From Methanobacteriota archaeon (GTDB taxonomy: Archaea > Thermoplasmatota > Thermoplasmata > UBA10834), in the NCBI GenBank assembly GCA_020347565.1, contig CP070732.1, positions 243,582 through 307,581 on the forward strand: 64,000 nucleotides of DNA, in the 5' to 3' direction. The notes below the pieces were generated by a model. That model was not told the origin of the DNA, ran no database searches, and saw nothing but the letters and a program-made list of their open reading frames with translations. Both the position numbers and the translations under genes were made by a program. Every line of letters starts with the position of its first letter. Positions within the stretch are counted from its first letter, which is position 1. Shown here piece after piece: positions 56,021-64,000 of the stretch.

Positions 56021-57688
56021 ATGTTGGGAAACCAGCCGATAATCGTACTGAAAGAAGGCACAGAATCGACCCGCGGCCGCTCCGCGCATGCGAACAACAT
56101 AATGGCGGCCAGGGCAGTTGCTGACGCCGTCAGGAGCACCTTGGGCCCCAAGGGCATGGACAAGATGCTCGTGGACAGCATGGGCGACATCGTGATGACG
56201 AATGATGGTGCAACCATACTGAAGGAGCTGGATATTGAACACCCTGCGGCCAAGATGATAGTGGAGATATCGAAGACGCAGGACAACGAGTGCGGGGACG
56301 GCACGACCTCCGCGGTTGTGATCGCCGGTGAGCTGCTGAAGAAGTCGGAGGCGCTGATCGAACAGAACGTGCATCCGACGGTCATATCAAACGGCTTCAG
56401 GCTGGCTTCGCAGGAGGCGGTGAAGGTCCTCAAGAGCATAGGCGTAGAAGTGTCGCCGACGGACAGGAAGACGCTCAAGCTCGTCGCCAAGACGGCGATG
56501 ACTGGAAAGAGCGTCGACGGGGACAAGGACACCCTTGCCAGGGTAGCGGTCGACGCCGTGACCTCCGTGGCCGAGGAGACGGGCGGGAAGTACGCAGCAG
56601 ACATCGACAACATCCAGGTCGAGAAGAAGCACGGCGGCTCCGTCGCGGACACAGAGATGATCAAGGGTCTCGTTCTCGACAAGGAGCGCGTGCACCCTCG
56701 GATGCCGACGTCGGTTAAGGGCGCGAAAATCGCGCTCATAGACTCCGCGCTGGAGATCAAGAAGACCGAGGTCGAGGCCAAGATCCAGATACGCGACCCG
56801 ACGCAGATGCAGCGCTTCCTGGACGAGGAGGAGAAGACGCTCCAGGAGATGGTCGAGAAGGTCCGGAGGTCGGGTGCGAACGTGGTCATGTGCGAGAAGG
56901 GCATAGACGACCTCGCCCAGCACTACCTCGCGAAGACCGGACTCTACGCCGTCCGTCGCGTCAAGCGCTCGGACATGGAGAAGCTCGCGAAGGCCACAGG
57001 TGGCAAGATCGTCACCAACCTCGATGACCTGGGCGCATCAGAGCTCGGGAAGGCACAGACGGTTGAGGAGGTGAAGATCGGCGACTCCGACATGACCTTC
57101 GTGACCGGATGCAGGAACCCGAAGGCCGTGTCCGTCCTCATAAGAGGCGGGACGGAGCATGTCGTGGATGAGGCGGAGCGCGCGCTTCATGACGCCCTAA
57201 AGGTCGTATCGGTGTCCATCGAGGACGGCGTGGCCGTCGCCGGCGGAGGCGCTCCGGAGATCGAGCTGGCAATCAAGCTCCGCGACTACGGCCAGAGCGT
57301 GGGCGGCAGGGAGCAGCTGGCGATCGAGGCATTCGCCGAGGCCCTCGAGGTCATCCCGTGGACGCTCGCCGAGAACGCAGGCATGGACGCGATCAACGTG
57401 CTTATCGAGCTCAAGACCTCGCACGCCAAGAAGGCCGGTCAGGCGTTCGGCGTCGACGTGATGGCCAACAAGGTCTCCGACATGATGAAGGCTCAGGTTA
57501 TCGAGCCGCTCAGGGTGAAGAGGCAGGCCATCGAATCGGCGACCGAGGTCGCGTCGATGGTGCTGAGGATCGATGATGTCATCGCGTCCAAGAAGATGAG
57601 CCCGTCCGATATGCCGCAGGGGCCTCCGGGAGGGGGCGGCATGGGTGGCATGGGTGGTATGGGTGGCATGCCACCTGGCATGATGTAA
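56021..57688 (+). CDS. ths: thermosome subunit (group II chaperonin)
   Basis: [42 protein letters not shown]-terminal [17 protein letters not shown] tail. Start set at ATG 56021. Confidence 0.9.
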   Translation: MLGNQPIIVLKEGTESTRGRSAHANNIMAARAVADAVRSTLGPKGMDKMLVDSMGDIVMTNDGATILKELDIEHPAAKMIVEISKTQDNECGDGTTSAVVIAGELLKKSEALIEQNVHPTVISNGFRLASQEAVKVLKSIGVEVSPTDRKTLKLVAKTAMTGKSVDGDKDTLARVAVDAVTSVAEETGGKYAADIDNIQVEKKHGGSVADTEMIKGLVLDKERVHPRMPTSVKGAKIALIDSALEIKKTEVEAKIQIRDPTQMQRFLDEEEKTLQEMVEKVRRSGANVVMCEKGIDDLAQHYLAKTGLYAVRRVKRSDMEKLAKATGGKIVTNLDDLGASELGKAQTVEEVKIGDSDMTFVTGCRNPKAVSVLIRGGTEHVVDEAERALHDALKVVSVSIEDGVAVAGGGAPEIELAIKLRDYGQSVGGREQLAIEAFAEALEVIPWTLAENAGMDAINVLIELKTSHAKKAGQAFGVDVMANKVSDMMKAQVIEPLRVKRQAIESATEVASMVLRIDDVIASKKMSPSDMPQGPPGGGGMGGMGGMGGMPPGMM

Positions 57689-57704
57689 ACGCGAACCAAA
57701 CCGA

Positions 57705-57738
57705 CGAGGGCTCTGGGCCCTCGCCATCTTGCTTTTCC
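57705..57738 (+). terminator. hairpin + T-rich tract downstream of the thermosome gene
   Basis: cgagggc-tctg-ggccctcg stem-loop then cttgcttttcc, 17 nt after the stop. Confidence 0.45.
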
Positions 57739-58085
57739 ACGCCAACGCCTCGGGATAGCCTGATTCACGCTCCGATGGTCGGCAGGGATGTGCCGACACA
57801 TGTGGATCGTCCGCCTGAGTCCGAAGCTCAGGAGGAAACACATGTCTTGCCGACAAACGGGCATTCACCGGAAGCCCAACACGTATGCTGGCCTACTCGG
57901 CCTTGCGCCGAGGAATGCACGTTTTGGCTGCTGTTTTGCGTGGCGAATACACTGCTCCGACAACGCCTGACGCGCCCGTAGACAGGTCTTGGCGGCGCGT
58001 CCCTTCCGTGTCTGGCCAACCTGTCACAGGCCCTGTTTGGCGTCGGCCCGGAGTTCGAGATTCGCCCCTCGGAAATGGCTGATCC

Positions 58086-58500
58086 TTGTATCATTTCATC
58101 GATACATTCCGTGAATTCAACCTCATAGCTATCATTGGAACGCTTTTAAATTTAATCTGGTCATTCTTAACGGAGATAGATATACTGTTCCCGGACTCTG
58201 CCGACGGGTGTCTTCCGGAGTGGACGCATATTTATTTCGGCCGCCCTATTATTAATCCTCCGTCATGAGATTTTGGGTCTGGCTATGCCCACCGAGGGTG
58301 TCTAAATGCGGGGAAGATAGTCGCTTCACAAAGGGCTGGTTCAGGCCATTCCCCTGCTCATCTGTAGCTGCATGATCCTCCTCATGATGCCATGCTATGG
58401 CATGTCATGGCGTCTGCCGTTGTCGGACAGATGTTTAGTTTAGATGTATATTTGTAATGCTGGTATCGGTATATACAAATATATTGGAATTGAATACTAA
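58086..58500. other. AT-rich (~35-40% GC versus ~60% background) non-coding island with multiple inverted repeats
   Basis: For example atgccat-gct-atggcat (58387-58403) and ttgcccct-ttca-ggggcaa (~58515). Lies upstream of the recombinase gene. No long ORF. Confidence 0.5.
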
Positions 58501-58840
58501 AATGGCAGGCGCCCCTTGCCCCTTTCAGGGGCAACCGGCCGGATCCCGCTTCGAGAGCGGTGATTTTCGCTCTGCAGGCTCGTAGTAATTGAATGCTTTC
58601 GGGGTCGAGTGCTACAAAATAGCACGCTGTCTTGAGCCATACAGGCGTTTCCGCGGCGTATTTCGCCCCTCCCAAGCGAAAACGGCGACAAATCGGGCAT
58701 TAGTTGACGATTTCGATGGGGTCTCTAGCGTCTCGGAGATGGTCGAGGGCGGATTCTAGGCGAAATGCGACATTTTTAAATAGGCACAATCGGATTAGCT
58801 GTCGGACGATTGTCCGCGCGCAAAGGGATGGGAACGTACC

Positions 58841-59491
58841 ATGCGAAAGTATCTCAAGGAGGGCGAGCTACGGCAACTGCTCGAGGCGCCGAGGCGGATG
58901 AGGGACCGTCTCATCATCAAACTGCTGTACGAGACGGGTATGCGGGTCGGCGAACTGTCGACCTTGACAATCGGTGACGTGGATCTCGACTCAGGCGAGA
59001 TCACAATACAGCACGCGAAGAGGCACAGTGAAGGGCGCAAGGTCCCGATCGTCAACTCCTGGACACGCACAATGCTCCGGGATTACATAGGCACGCGCAA
59101 GAACCACAGGGACCCGCTGTTCGTCTCGAACAAGAGAGGGCCGCTTTCGAGGCGCCAGATAGAGCGACTCATCCACAATTACGGTACCTCAGTAGGCCTG
59201 GAAAGAGACAAGAGCCACCCCCACGTCCTCCGTCACACGCATGCGGTCCACGCTCTCAAGTCTGGCATCGACCTCAGAACGCTGCAGCAGAATCTCGGGC
59301 ACTCCAGCATAGAGGTGACGGCCATCTACCTCACCATGGACATCGATGACAGGAAGGAAGAATACTCCAAGCATCGACTGCCGGGAATGGACGCGGCTGC
59401 GGGAGAGGGAGACGGGCAAGCGGAGCAGGATACAGAGCGCACAACGGGCGCTAGTCACTCGAACTCCTATGTGCTCTCGAGTGATGTTTAG
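58841..59491 (+). CDS. tyrosine recombinase/integrase, catalytic domain only (no N-terminal core-binding domain)
   Basis: R...HxxR...Y catalytic layout: LLYETGMRVGEL, HVLRHTHAVHALKSG, GHSSIEVTAIYL. Only 216 aa. Confidence 0.7.
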   Translation: MRKYLKEGELRQLLEAPRRMRDRLIIKLLYETGMRVGELSTLTIGDVDLDSGEITIQHAKRHSEGRKVPIVNSWTRTMLRDYIGTRKNHRDPLFVSNKRGPLSRRQIERLIHNYGTSVGLERDKSHPHVLRHTHAVHALKSGIDLRTLQQNLGHSSIEVTAIYLTMDIDDRKEEYSKHRLPGMDAAAGEGDGQAEQDTERTTGASHSNSYVLSSDV

Positions 59492-59640
59492 GTAAACGCT
59501 AAACTGAATGATGTTGAATCGGTACATCCCATAATTTCTTAGCTTGATGCTATTCAATCGGTCGCGGCGGCCGGGAAAGAAGCTCTGTCGCCGTTCCCTC
59601 GTCAACATATAATACACGTCTCGGGATTCTTACCTACGAT

Positions 59641-61029
59641 ATGCCTGAGGATTGGACGGAGAGGTACAGGCCAGCATCGCTGTCCGAAGTGGTGGGCAAC
59701 GACAGAGCCATCGGGACTATGAGACGCTGGGCCGAGTCCTGGAAGAAGGGGGCTCCGAAGAAGAAGGCATTGGTGCTGAAAGGCGAGCCAGGTACTGGAA
59801 AGACAAGTGCCGCTCTGGCCCTCGCGAACGACTTCGGATGGGACGTCATCGAGATGAACGCGTCGGATCACAGGAACGCCGATTCCATACGCAGGGTTGC
59901 TGGCCTCGGAGCGGTCAGCGAGACGTTCTCCAACGCGGGAGAGTTCCTGTCCACTTCAGAAGGCAAGCGCAAGCTGATCGTTTTGGATGAGGCGGACAAC
60001 CTGTTCGGACGAGAGGACCATGGAGGAGCGAAGGCGATCAGCCAGACGATCAAGGAGACCAACCAGCCCGTCATACTGATCGTCAACGACTACTACGCCC
60101 TAACCCGCAAGGCCTCAGCCATCAAGACGCTCGCAGTGGGTGTGAAGTTCGCGAGGCACCGCGACGGCACGGTTCTGGAGGTGCTGCGGGGGATCTGCGA
60201 AGCCGAAGGGTTGACGGTGGACGCTGGACTGCTCGCCGCAATCGTCAAGAACGCCTCTGGCGACCTGAGAGGGGCCATCAACGACCTCCAGATGCTCGTG
60301 GAGGGGCGAAAGACGGTCGATGTCGAGGGCGGAGACGCCCTTGGCAAGCGGAACCAGGGAGTCGAGCTGGACGCTGCGCTCGAGGCCATGTACGGCGCGC
60401 GCACCGCGAGGGAGGCGAGGGACGCCACGAACTCGCTCGACAAGACCCCTGATGAGCTGATCATGTGGATAGAGGAGAGCATACCCAGCGAGTTCTCGAA
60501 CCGCGCAGACAGGGCAGCGGCGTTCGACGCCCTCTCGCGCTCGGACGTCTACCTCAGACGGACCAGGCGCCTCCAACACTACGGCCTCTGGGCGTACGCG
60601 AAAGAGATGATGACGAGCGGCGTGGCCCTTGCCAGGAGCGGCCCGAGACGCCGCTCCCCACCGAGGTACGGCTTCCCGAGCTACCTCATCATGATGTCGC
60701 GCTCCAAATCCGTCCGGTCCTCGAGGGCGGCTCTGTGTCGCAAGCTCTCGCCTGTGCTGCACTCGTCGTCACGCGAGATCGCCGTTTCCGTGCTTCCTTA
60801 TCTGTCGGCCATGGCCCGCAACGACAGCGAGCTACTGGCCCATCTGGGCGCGGAGGCCGAGTTCGACGAGGGCGACGTCGCCTACCTCCTCGGGACGGAC
60901 CCCGCATCCGATGCCGTGGCGGATACGATGGACGTGATCCGAAGGATCAGGTCCGGCGAAATACGGCGGGAAGCCGCTGCCGAGGCGGGCTCAGATGCCC
61001 GGCGAGGCACTCGCCTGTCGGACTTCTGA
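59641..61029 (+). CDS. rfcL: replication factor C large subunit
   Basis: MPEDWTERYRP, GEPGTGKTS, LIVLDEADNL; archaeal RfcL length (462 aa). Confidence 0.85.
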   Translation: MPEDWTERYRPASLSEVVGNDRAIGTMRRWAESWKKGAPKKKALVLKGEPGTGKTSAALALANDFGWDVIEMNASDHRNADSIRRVAGLGAVSETFSNAGEFLSTSEGKRKLIVLDEADNLFGREDHGGAKAISQTIKETNQPVILIVNDYYALTRKASAIKTLAVGVKFARHRDGTVLEVLRGICEAEGLTVDAGLLAAIVKNASGDLRGAINDLQMLVEGRKTVDVEGGDALGKRNQGVELDAALEAMYGARTAREARDATNSLDKTPDELIMWIEESIPSEFSNRADRAAAFDALSRSDVYLRRTRRLQHYGLWAYAKEMMTSGVALARSGPRRRSPPRYGFPSYLIMMSRSKSVRSSRAALCRKLSPVLHSSSREIAVSVLPYLSAMARNDSELLAHLGAEAEFDEGDVAYLLGTDPASDAVADTMDVIRRIRSGEIRREAAAEAGSDARRGTRLSDF

Positions 61030-61041
61030 AGGGGGCTGGAT

Positions 61042-61971
61042 GTGGTGTCCTCAGGTGCTCTTGACCAGCTGAAGAAGCAGCAATACCACATGGTAGGAGA
61101 CACGGGAGCGGTGAAGCTCTGCCATTGGATGAGGCAGAAGCTCATACACGGCCGCCCGTGCTACAAGGAGGAATTCTACGGGATCGATACGCACAGGTGT
61201 CTGCAGATGACCCCCAGCGTCAACATATGCAATTTCAGGTGCCTCTTTTGTTGGAGATTCCACGGAATGACGGGCTTCGAGGGGTCGAAGTGTCCCGAGC
61301 CAGAGGAGCTGCTCGATGGATGCATCTCCGAACAGCGGCTGCTGGTTTCTGGCTACAAGGGCGACGAGAGATGCGACCCGGCGATGTGGGAGCAGGCACG
61401 TGAGCCCAACCAGGTGGCGATATCGCTGTCCGGGGAGCCCACGCTGTATCCGTACCTTGGGGAGTTCATCGCGCTCTGCCACAGGCGTGGCATGACGACT
61501 TTCCTGGTGACGAACGGCTCAGTGCCAAGGACGCTGGGGTCCCTCGACACTCTTCCGACGCAGCTGTACGTGACAGTCGCGGCCCCGAACGAGATGCTGT
61601 TCGAGAGGCTGTGCGTACCCCAATCCCCGAACGCCTGGGAGAAGCTCATGGAGACATTGCGGCTGCTGCCGTCGCTCGACACAAGGGTGGTCCTTCGCCA
61701 CACGCTCGTGAAGGGCTGGAACCTCGGCTGGGAGGACGAGTATGTTAAGCTCGACACGATGGCCGAGCCGATGTTCGTCGAGCCGAAGGGATATGTCTTC
61801 GTCGGTGATTCGCGCAGGAGGATGACGATGGACAACATGCCATCTCACCAGGATGTGAGGGAGTTCTCGCGGAGGGTCGCTGAGAGCCTTTCCCTGGATA
61901 TGCTGATGGAGAGGGAGGACAGCAGGGTAGTCCTGCTCGGCGATAGAAGGTCGGCGCTCAAGGTTCGATAG
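61042..61971 (+). CDS. taw1: tRNA 4-demethylwyosine synthase Taw1 (TYW1 homolog, radical SAM)
   Basis: GAVKLCHWMRQKL, CNFRCLFCWR radical-SAM cluster motif. GTG start at 61042 fits archaeal Taw1 N-termini. Confidence 0.8.
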   Translation: MVSSGALDQLKKQQYHMVGDTGAVKLCHWMRQKLIHGRPCYKEEFYGIDTHRCLQMTPSVNICNFRCLFCWRFHGMTGFEGSKCPEPEELLDGCISEQRLLVSGYKGDERCDPAMWEQAREPNQVAISLSGEPTLYPYLGEFIALCHRRGMTTFLVTNGSVPRTLGSLDTLPTQLYVTVAAPNEMLFERLCVPQSPNAWEKLMETLRLLPSLDTRVVLRHTLVKGWNLGWEDEYVKLDTMAEPMFVEPKGYVFVGDSRRRMTMDNMPSHQDVREFSRRVAESLSLDMLMEREDSRVVLLGDRRSALKVR

Positions 61972-61974
61972 AGC

Positions 61975-63897
61975 CTACTTAAGCCTGATCGTCTCGAGGT
62001 TGAGGGGCGCGCGCGTTTCGATGCCGAACTTCTTGTACAGAGTGCTGGCCAGGTCGGAGCACTTGTGGTCCTCTCCGTGGCCGATGATTATGCGCTCGGG
62101 CCGGGGGTCGAGCGTGCTTACGTAGTTCACCAGCTGGCGCCGGTCCGAGTGCCCTGAGAACCCGTCGACGGTCTCCGTGTCCATCTTCATCTTGAGCGAA
62201 ATGGACTTGCCCCTCTCGTTGAGCGTTATGTCGCTCCAGCCCTTCTGGATCTTCCTTCCCATCGTCCCCTCGCCCTGGAAACCGACGAAGACGATGGTGT
62301 TGTTGGGGTCGTCGCACCACGCCTTGAAGTACTCCATGACGGGCCCGCCGCTCATCATGCCGCTCGTGGCGAGAACTATGCAGGGTTCGGGGTCGTGGCA
62401 TATCCTCTCGCGCATGTCCGGGCTGTCGACTCTCTTGAACACCTCGGACAGGAACGGGTTCTCCCCCATCTGGAATATCTGCGTCCTCAGCTGGCTGTTC
62501 AGGTACTCCGGGTAGGCGGTGTGTATCGCGGTCGCCTCCCAGATCATGCCATCAAGGTATATCGGAACGGTGTGTATGCGGTGGCCCCGCATCTGCTCCT
62601 CGAGGACGAGCATGACCTCTTGCGACCTCCCGACGGCGAAGACGGGAACGAGGACCTTGCCTCCTCTGCCGAGCGTCGCCCTGACTACCTCCTTCATCTG
62701 GTTCGCCGCCTCCTGCCGGCTCGGCTGGATGTCGTGGTAACCGCCATAGGTGGATTCGATCAAGAGCGTCTCAAGCCTCGGGAACTTGTTGACGGAAGCG
62801 TTGAACAGCCACGACTTCTCGAACTTGATGTCGCCGGTGAAGCCGACGTTGTACAGCCCGTCACCCACGTGGAAGTGCGCGATGGACGAGCCTAGTATGT
62901 GTCCCGCGTTCTGGAGCGTCAGCCTGATGTCCGGCGATATGTCGGTCGTCTCTCCGTATTTCAGTGGTATGCAGTGCACGACCGCGTCCCTTATATGCGA
63001 CGACTCGTACGACGCCTTCTTGCCCTCGCCGACGGCCACCTTGATGTAGTCCAGCTGCAGCAAGGACATCAGGTCCCTCGTCGGGGGCGTGCAGTATGTC
63101 GGCCCTTCGAAGCCGTACTTGTAGAGTACTGGGAGCAGTCCGGAGTGGTCCAGGTGTGCGTGGGTTATCACGACGGCGTCGAGCGTGTCGAGCGGGAACA
63201 GCTCAGGTGCGCTCAGGTATGGCGTCGTGCCGTTGTCGTCGGCAGCGACGGCCACGCCGCAGTCCACCAACACCTTGCTCTCCCTCGTAGACAGCAGCGC
63301 TGCGCTTCTGCCGACCTCACGGAACCCGCCGAGTGCGGTCACGCGCAGCCATGTCTCGTCGTTGAGCCTCTGCCGCATGAGTCTCCTGCCCACGCGCCTG
63401 AGGAACTCCTTGCGCTCGTCCTGCACCTTCCTGAGGTAGTTGCGGATCTCGCTGACGGTCTTCGACGGGATCGGCGGGGCGCGGACCACCTTCGGCGCCC
63501 AGCCGATGTCCTTCTTGATCTCGTTCAGTATGGCGCCGTGCTTGCCTATGACGAGGCCGGGAGAAATCGCTTCGATCGTGACCTCGCCAGTGTCGTCCTC
63601 GAAGTAGATGTTGGTGATCTTCGCCTCTTCAGGGATGATCTTCCGGATGCGCTCCTCCGCGCTTGTCGGCTCGGCGAGCATCTCCGGGTCGGGCCTTATC
63701 GCGACACGTCTCCGCAGGGACTGCGCGAGCTGGCGGACGAGGTCGTTGTTCTTTGCGAACTCGTCCAGGTTCTTCGTGTAGATCACAATCACTGGTCCTT
63801 CGAAGTCGACGTCGGTGACCTCGATGTTCGAAGGTATGGTCTTCTTGACCGCCTCTCTGGCGTCTTCCAGAATCTTCTCTACGCCCATAGGCTTCAC
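61975..63897 (-). CDS. archaeal CPSF1 (aCPSF1) beta-CASP ribonuclease with N-terminal KH domains
   Basis: Two KH motifs (IGKHGAILNEI), metallo-beta-lactamase HAHLDHSG, beta-CASP motifs; 640 aa. Confidence 0.9.
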   Translation of the reverse strand: MKPMGVEKILEDAREAVKKTIPSNIEVTDVDFEGPVIVIYTKNLDEFAKNNDLVRQLAQSLRRRVAIRPDPEMLAEPTSAEERIRKIIPEEAKITNIYFEDDTGEVTIEAISPGLVIGKHGAILNEIKKDIGWAPKVVRAPPIPSKTVSEIRNYLRKVQDERKEFLRRVGRRLMRQRLNDETWLRVTALGGFREVGRSAALLSTRESKVLVDCGVAVAADDNGTTPYLSAPELFPLDTLDAVVITHAHLDHSGLLPVLYKYGFEGPTYCTPPTRDLMSLLQLDYIKVAVGEGKKASYESSHIRDAVVHCIPLKYGETTDISPDIRLTLQNAGHILGSSIAHFHVGDGLYNVGFTGDIKFEKSWLFNASVNKFPRLETLLIESTYGGYHDIQPSRQEAANQMKEVVRATLGRGGKVLVPVFAVGRSQEVMLVLEEQMRGHRIHTVPIYLDGMIWEATAIHTAYPEYLNSQLRTQIFQMGENPFLSEVFKRVDSPDMRERICHDPEPCIVLATSGMMSGGPVMEYFKAWCDDPNNTIVFVGFQGEGTMGRKIQKGWSDITLNERGKSISLKMKMDTETVDGFSGHSDRRQLVNYVSTLDPRPERIIIGHGEDHKCSDLASTLYKKFGIETRAPLNLETIRLK

Positions 63898-64000
63898 TCA
63901 TTTCGCGTCGAATAGCTCACTGTGGTTTCGGCAGCTCTGCCTGTTGTCCAGACGCCTCGCCCGATGTCAGGTCGAGAGCTTCATCTTGGACATTCTCTTG

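Noticed and set aside
57600-57688. Tandem 12-nt repeats (ggcatgggtggc x4).
   Set aside because: This is a coding repeat for the GGMGGM C-terminal tail typical of thermosome subunits, not a CRISPR or satellite repeat.
57760-58090. Possible SRP RNA or RNase P RNA in the GC-rich first part of the intergenic island.
   Set aside because: I could not find the conserved SRP helix-8 (GGAA/AGCA symmetric loops) or RNase P P4 (GGAAAGUCCGG) signatures, only generic stems. Left as an open question under findings.
63898-64000. Possible 3' end of another minus-strand gene at the window edge.
   Set aside because: An in-frame stop lies 25 codons upstream and no start is present. More likely this is the aCPSF1 promoter region.
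1-64000. CRISPR arrays, rRNA genes, additional tRNAs, transposase/IS elements.
   Set aside because: No regularly spaced direct repeats and no further GTTC(G/A)AATC T-loop-containing cloverleaf candidates were found. No DDE transposase or IS-like terminal inverted repeats were recognised.

Overview
This window reads as a GC-rich (~60%) archaeal chromosomal segment, probably from an anaerobic euryarchaeon; a Thermoplasmata or Methanomassiliicoccales-like lineage cannot be decided from sequence alone. Evidence for Archaea is widespread: archaeal-type housekeeping genes (RFC small and large subunits, ribosomal protein L40e, Trm1, Taw1, thermosome, DnaG primase, aCPSF1, type IA topoisomerase, class V FBP aldolase/phosphatase, ApgM, archaeal TIM), TATA-box promoters 25-40 nt upstream of many starts (often leaderless), and frequent GTG/TTG starts. 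Central and energy metabolism genes include a 4-subunit 2-oxoacid:ferredoxin oxidoreductase operon (delta-alpha-beta-gamma) with the ADP-forming acetyl-CoA synthetase beta subunit (acdB) at its end, acdA 20 kb away, rubrerythrin, glyA, purA and nadA. The most accessory-like stretch is 23-35.2 kb. It contains three full-length MttB-superfamily (trimethylamine methyltransferase-like, COG5598) paralogs with no in-frame amber codon, so they are non-pyrrolysine members, two of them near-identical. They are interleaved with a family-5 SBP-dependent ABC importer (giant anchored SBP, two permeases, no ATPase genes), a C45-family Ntn amidohydrolase and an M24 Xaa-Pro-type peptidase. No corrinoid protein or methyl-corrinoid:THF/CoM methyltransferase lies in the window. 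I read this as a candidate, uncharacterised methylated-amine / methylated-peptide uptake and demethylation locus. Other points of interest are a secreted, membrane-anchored two-HKD phospholipase-D-family protein with a PKD domain, an internally duplicated Lrp/AsnC regulator, a protease-less Lon-like AAA+ ATPase with a zinc-ribbon insertion downstream of dnaG, a catalytic-domain-only tyrosine recombinase beside a 1.1-kb AT-rich hairpin-rich non-coding island, an Nre-like / SplB-like radical-SAM gene pair, a SAMP-like GG-terminated ubiquitin-like gene, and a tRNA-Ser(CGA). No CRISPR array, rRNA or obvious toxin/defence island was seen.
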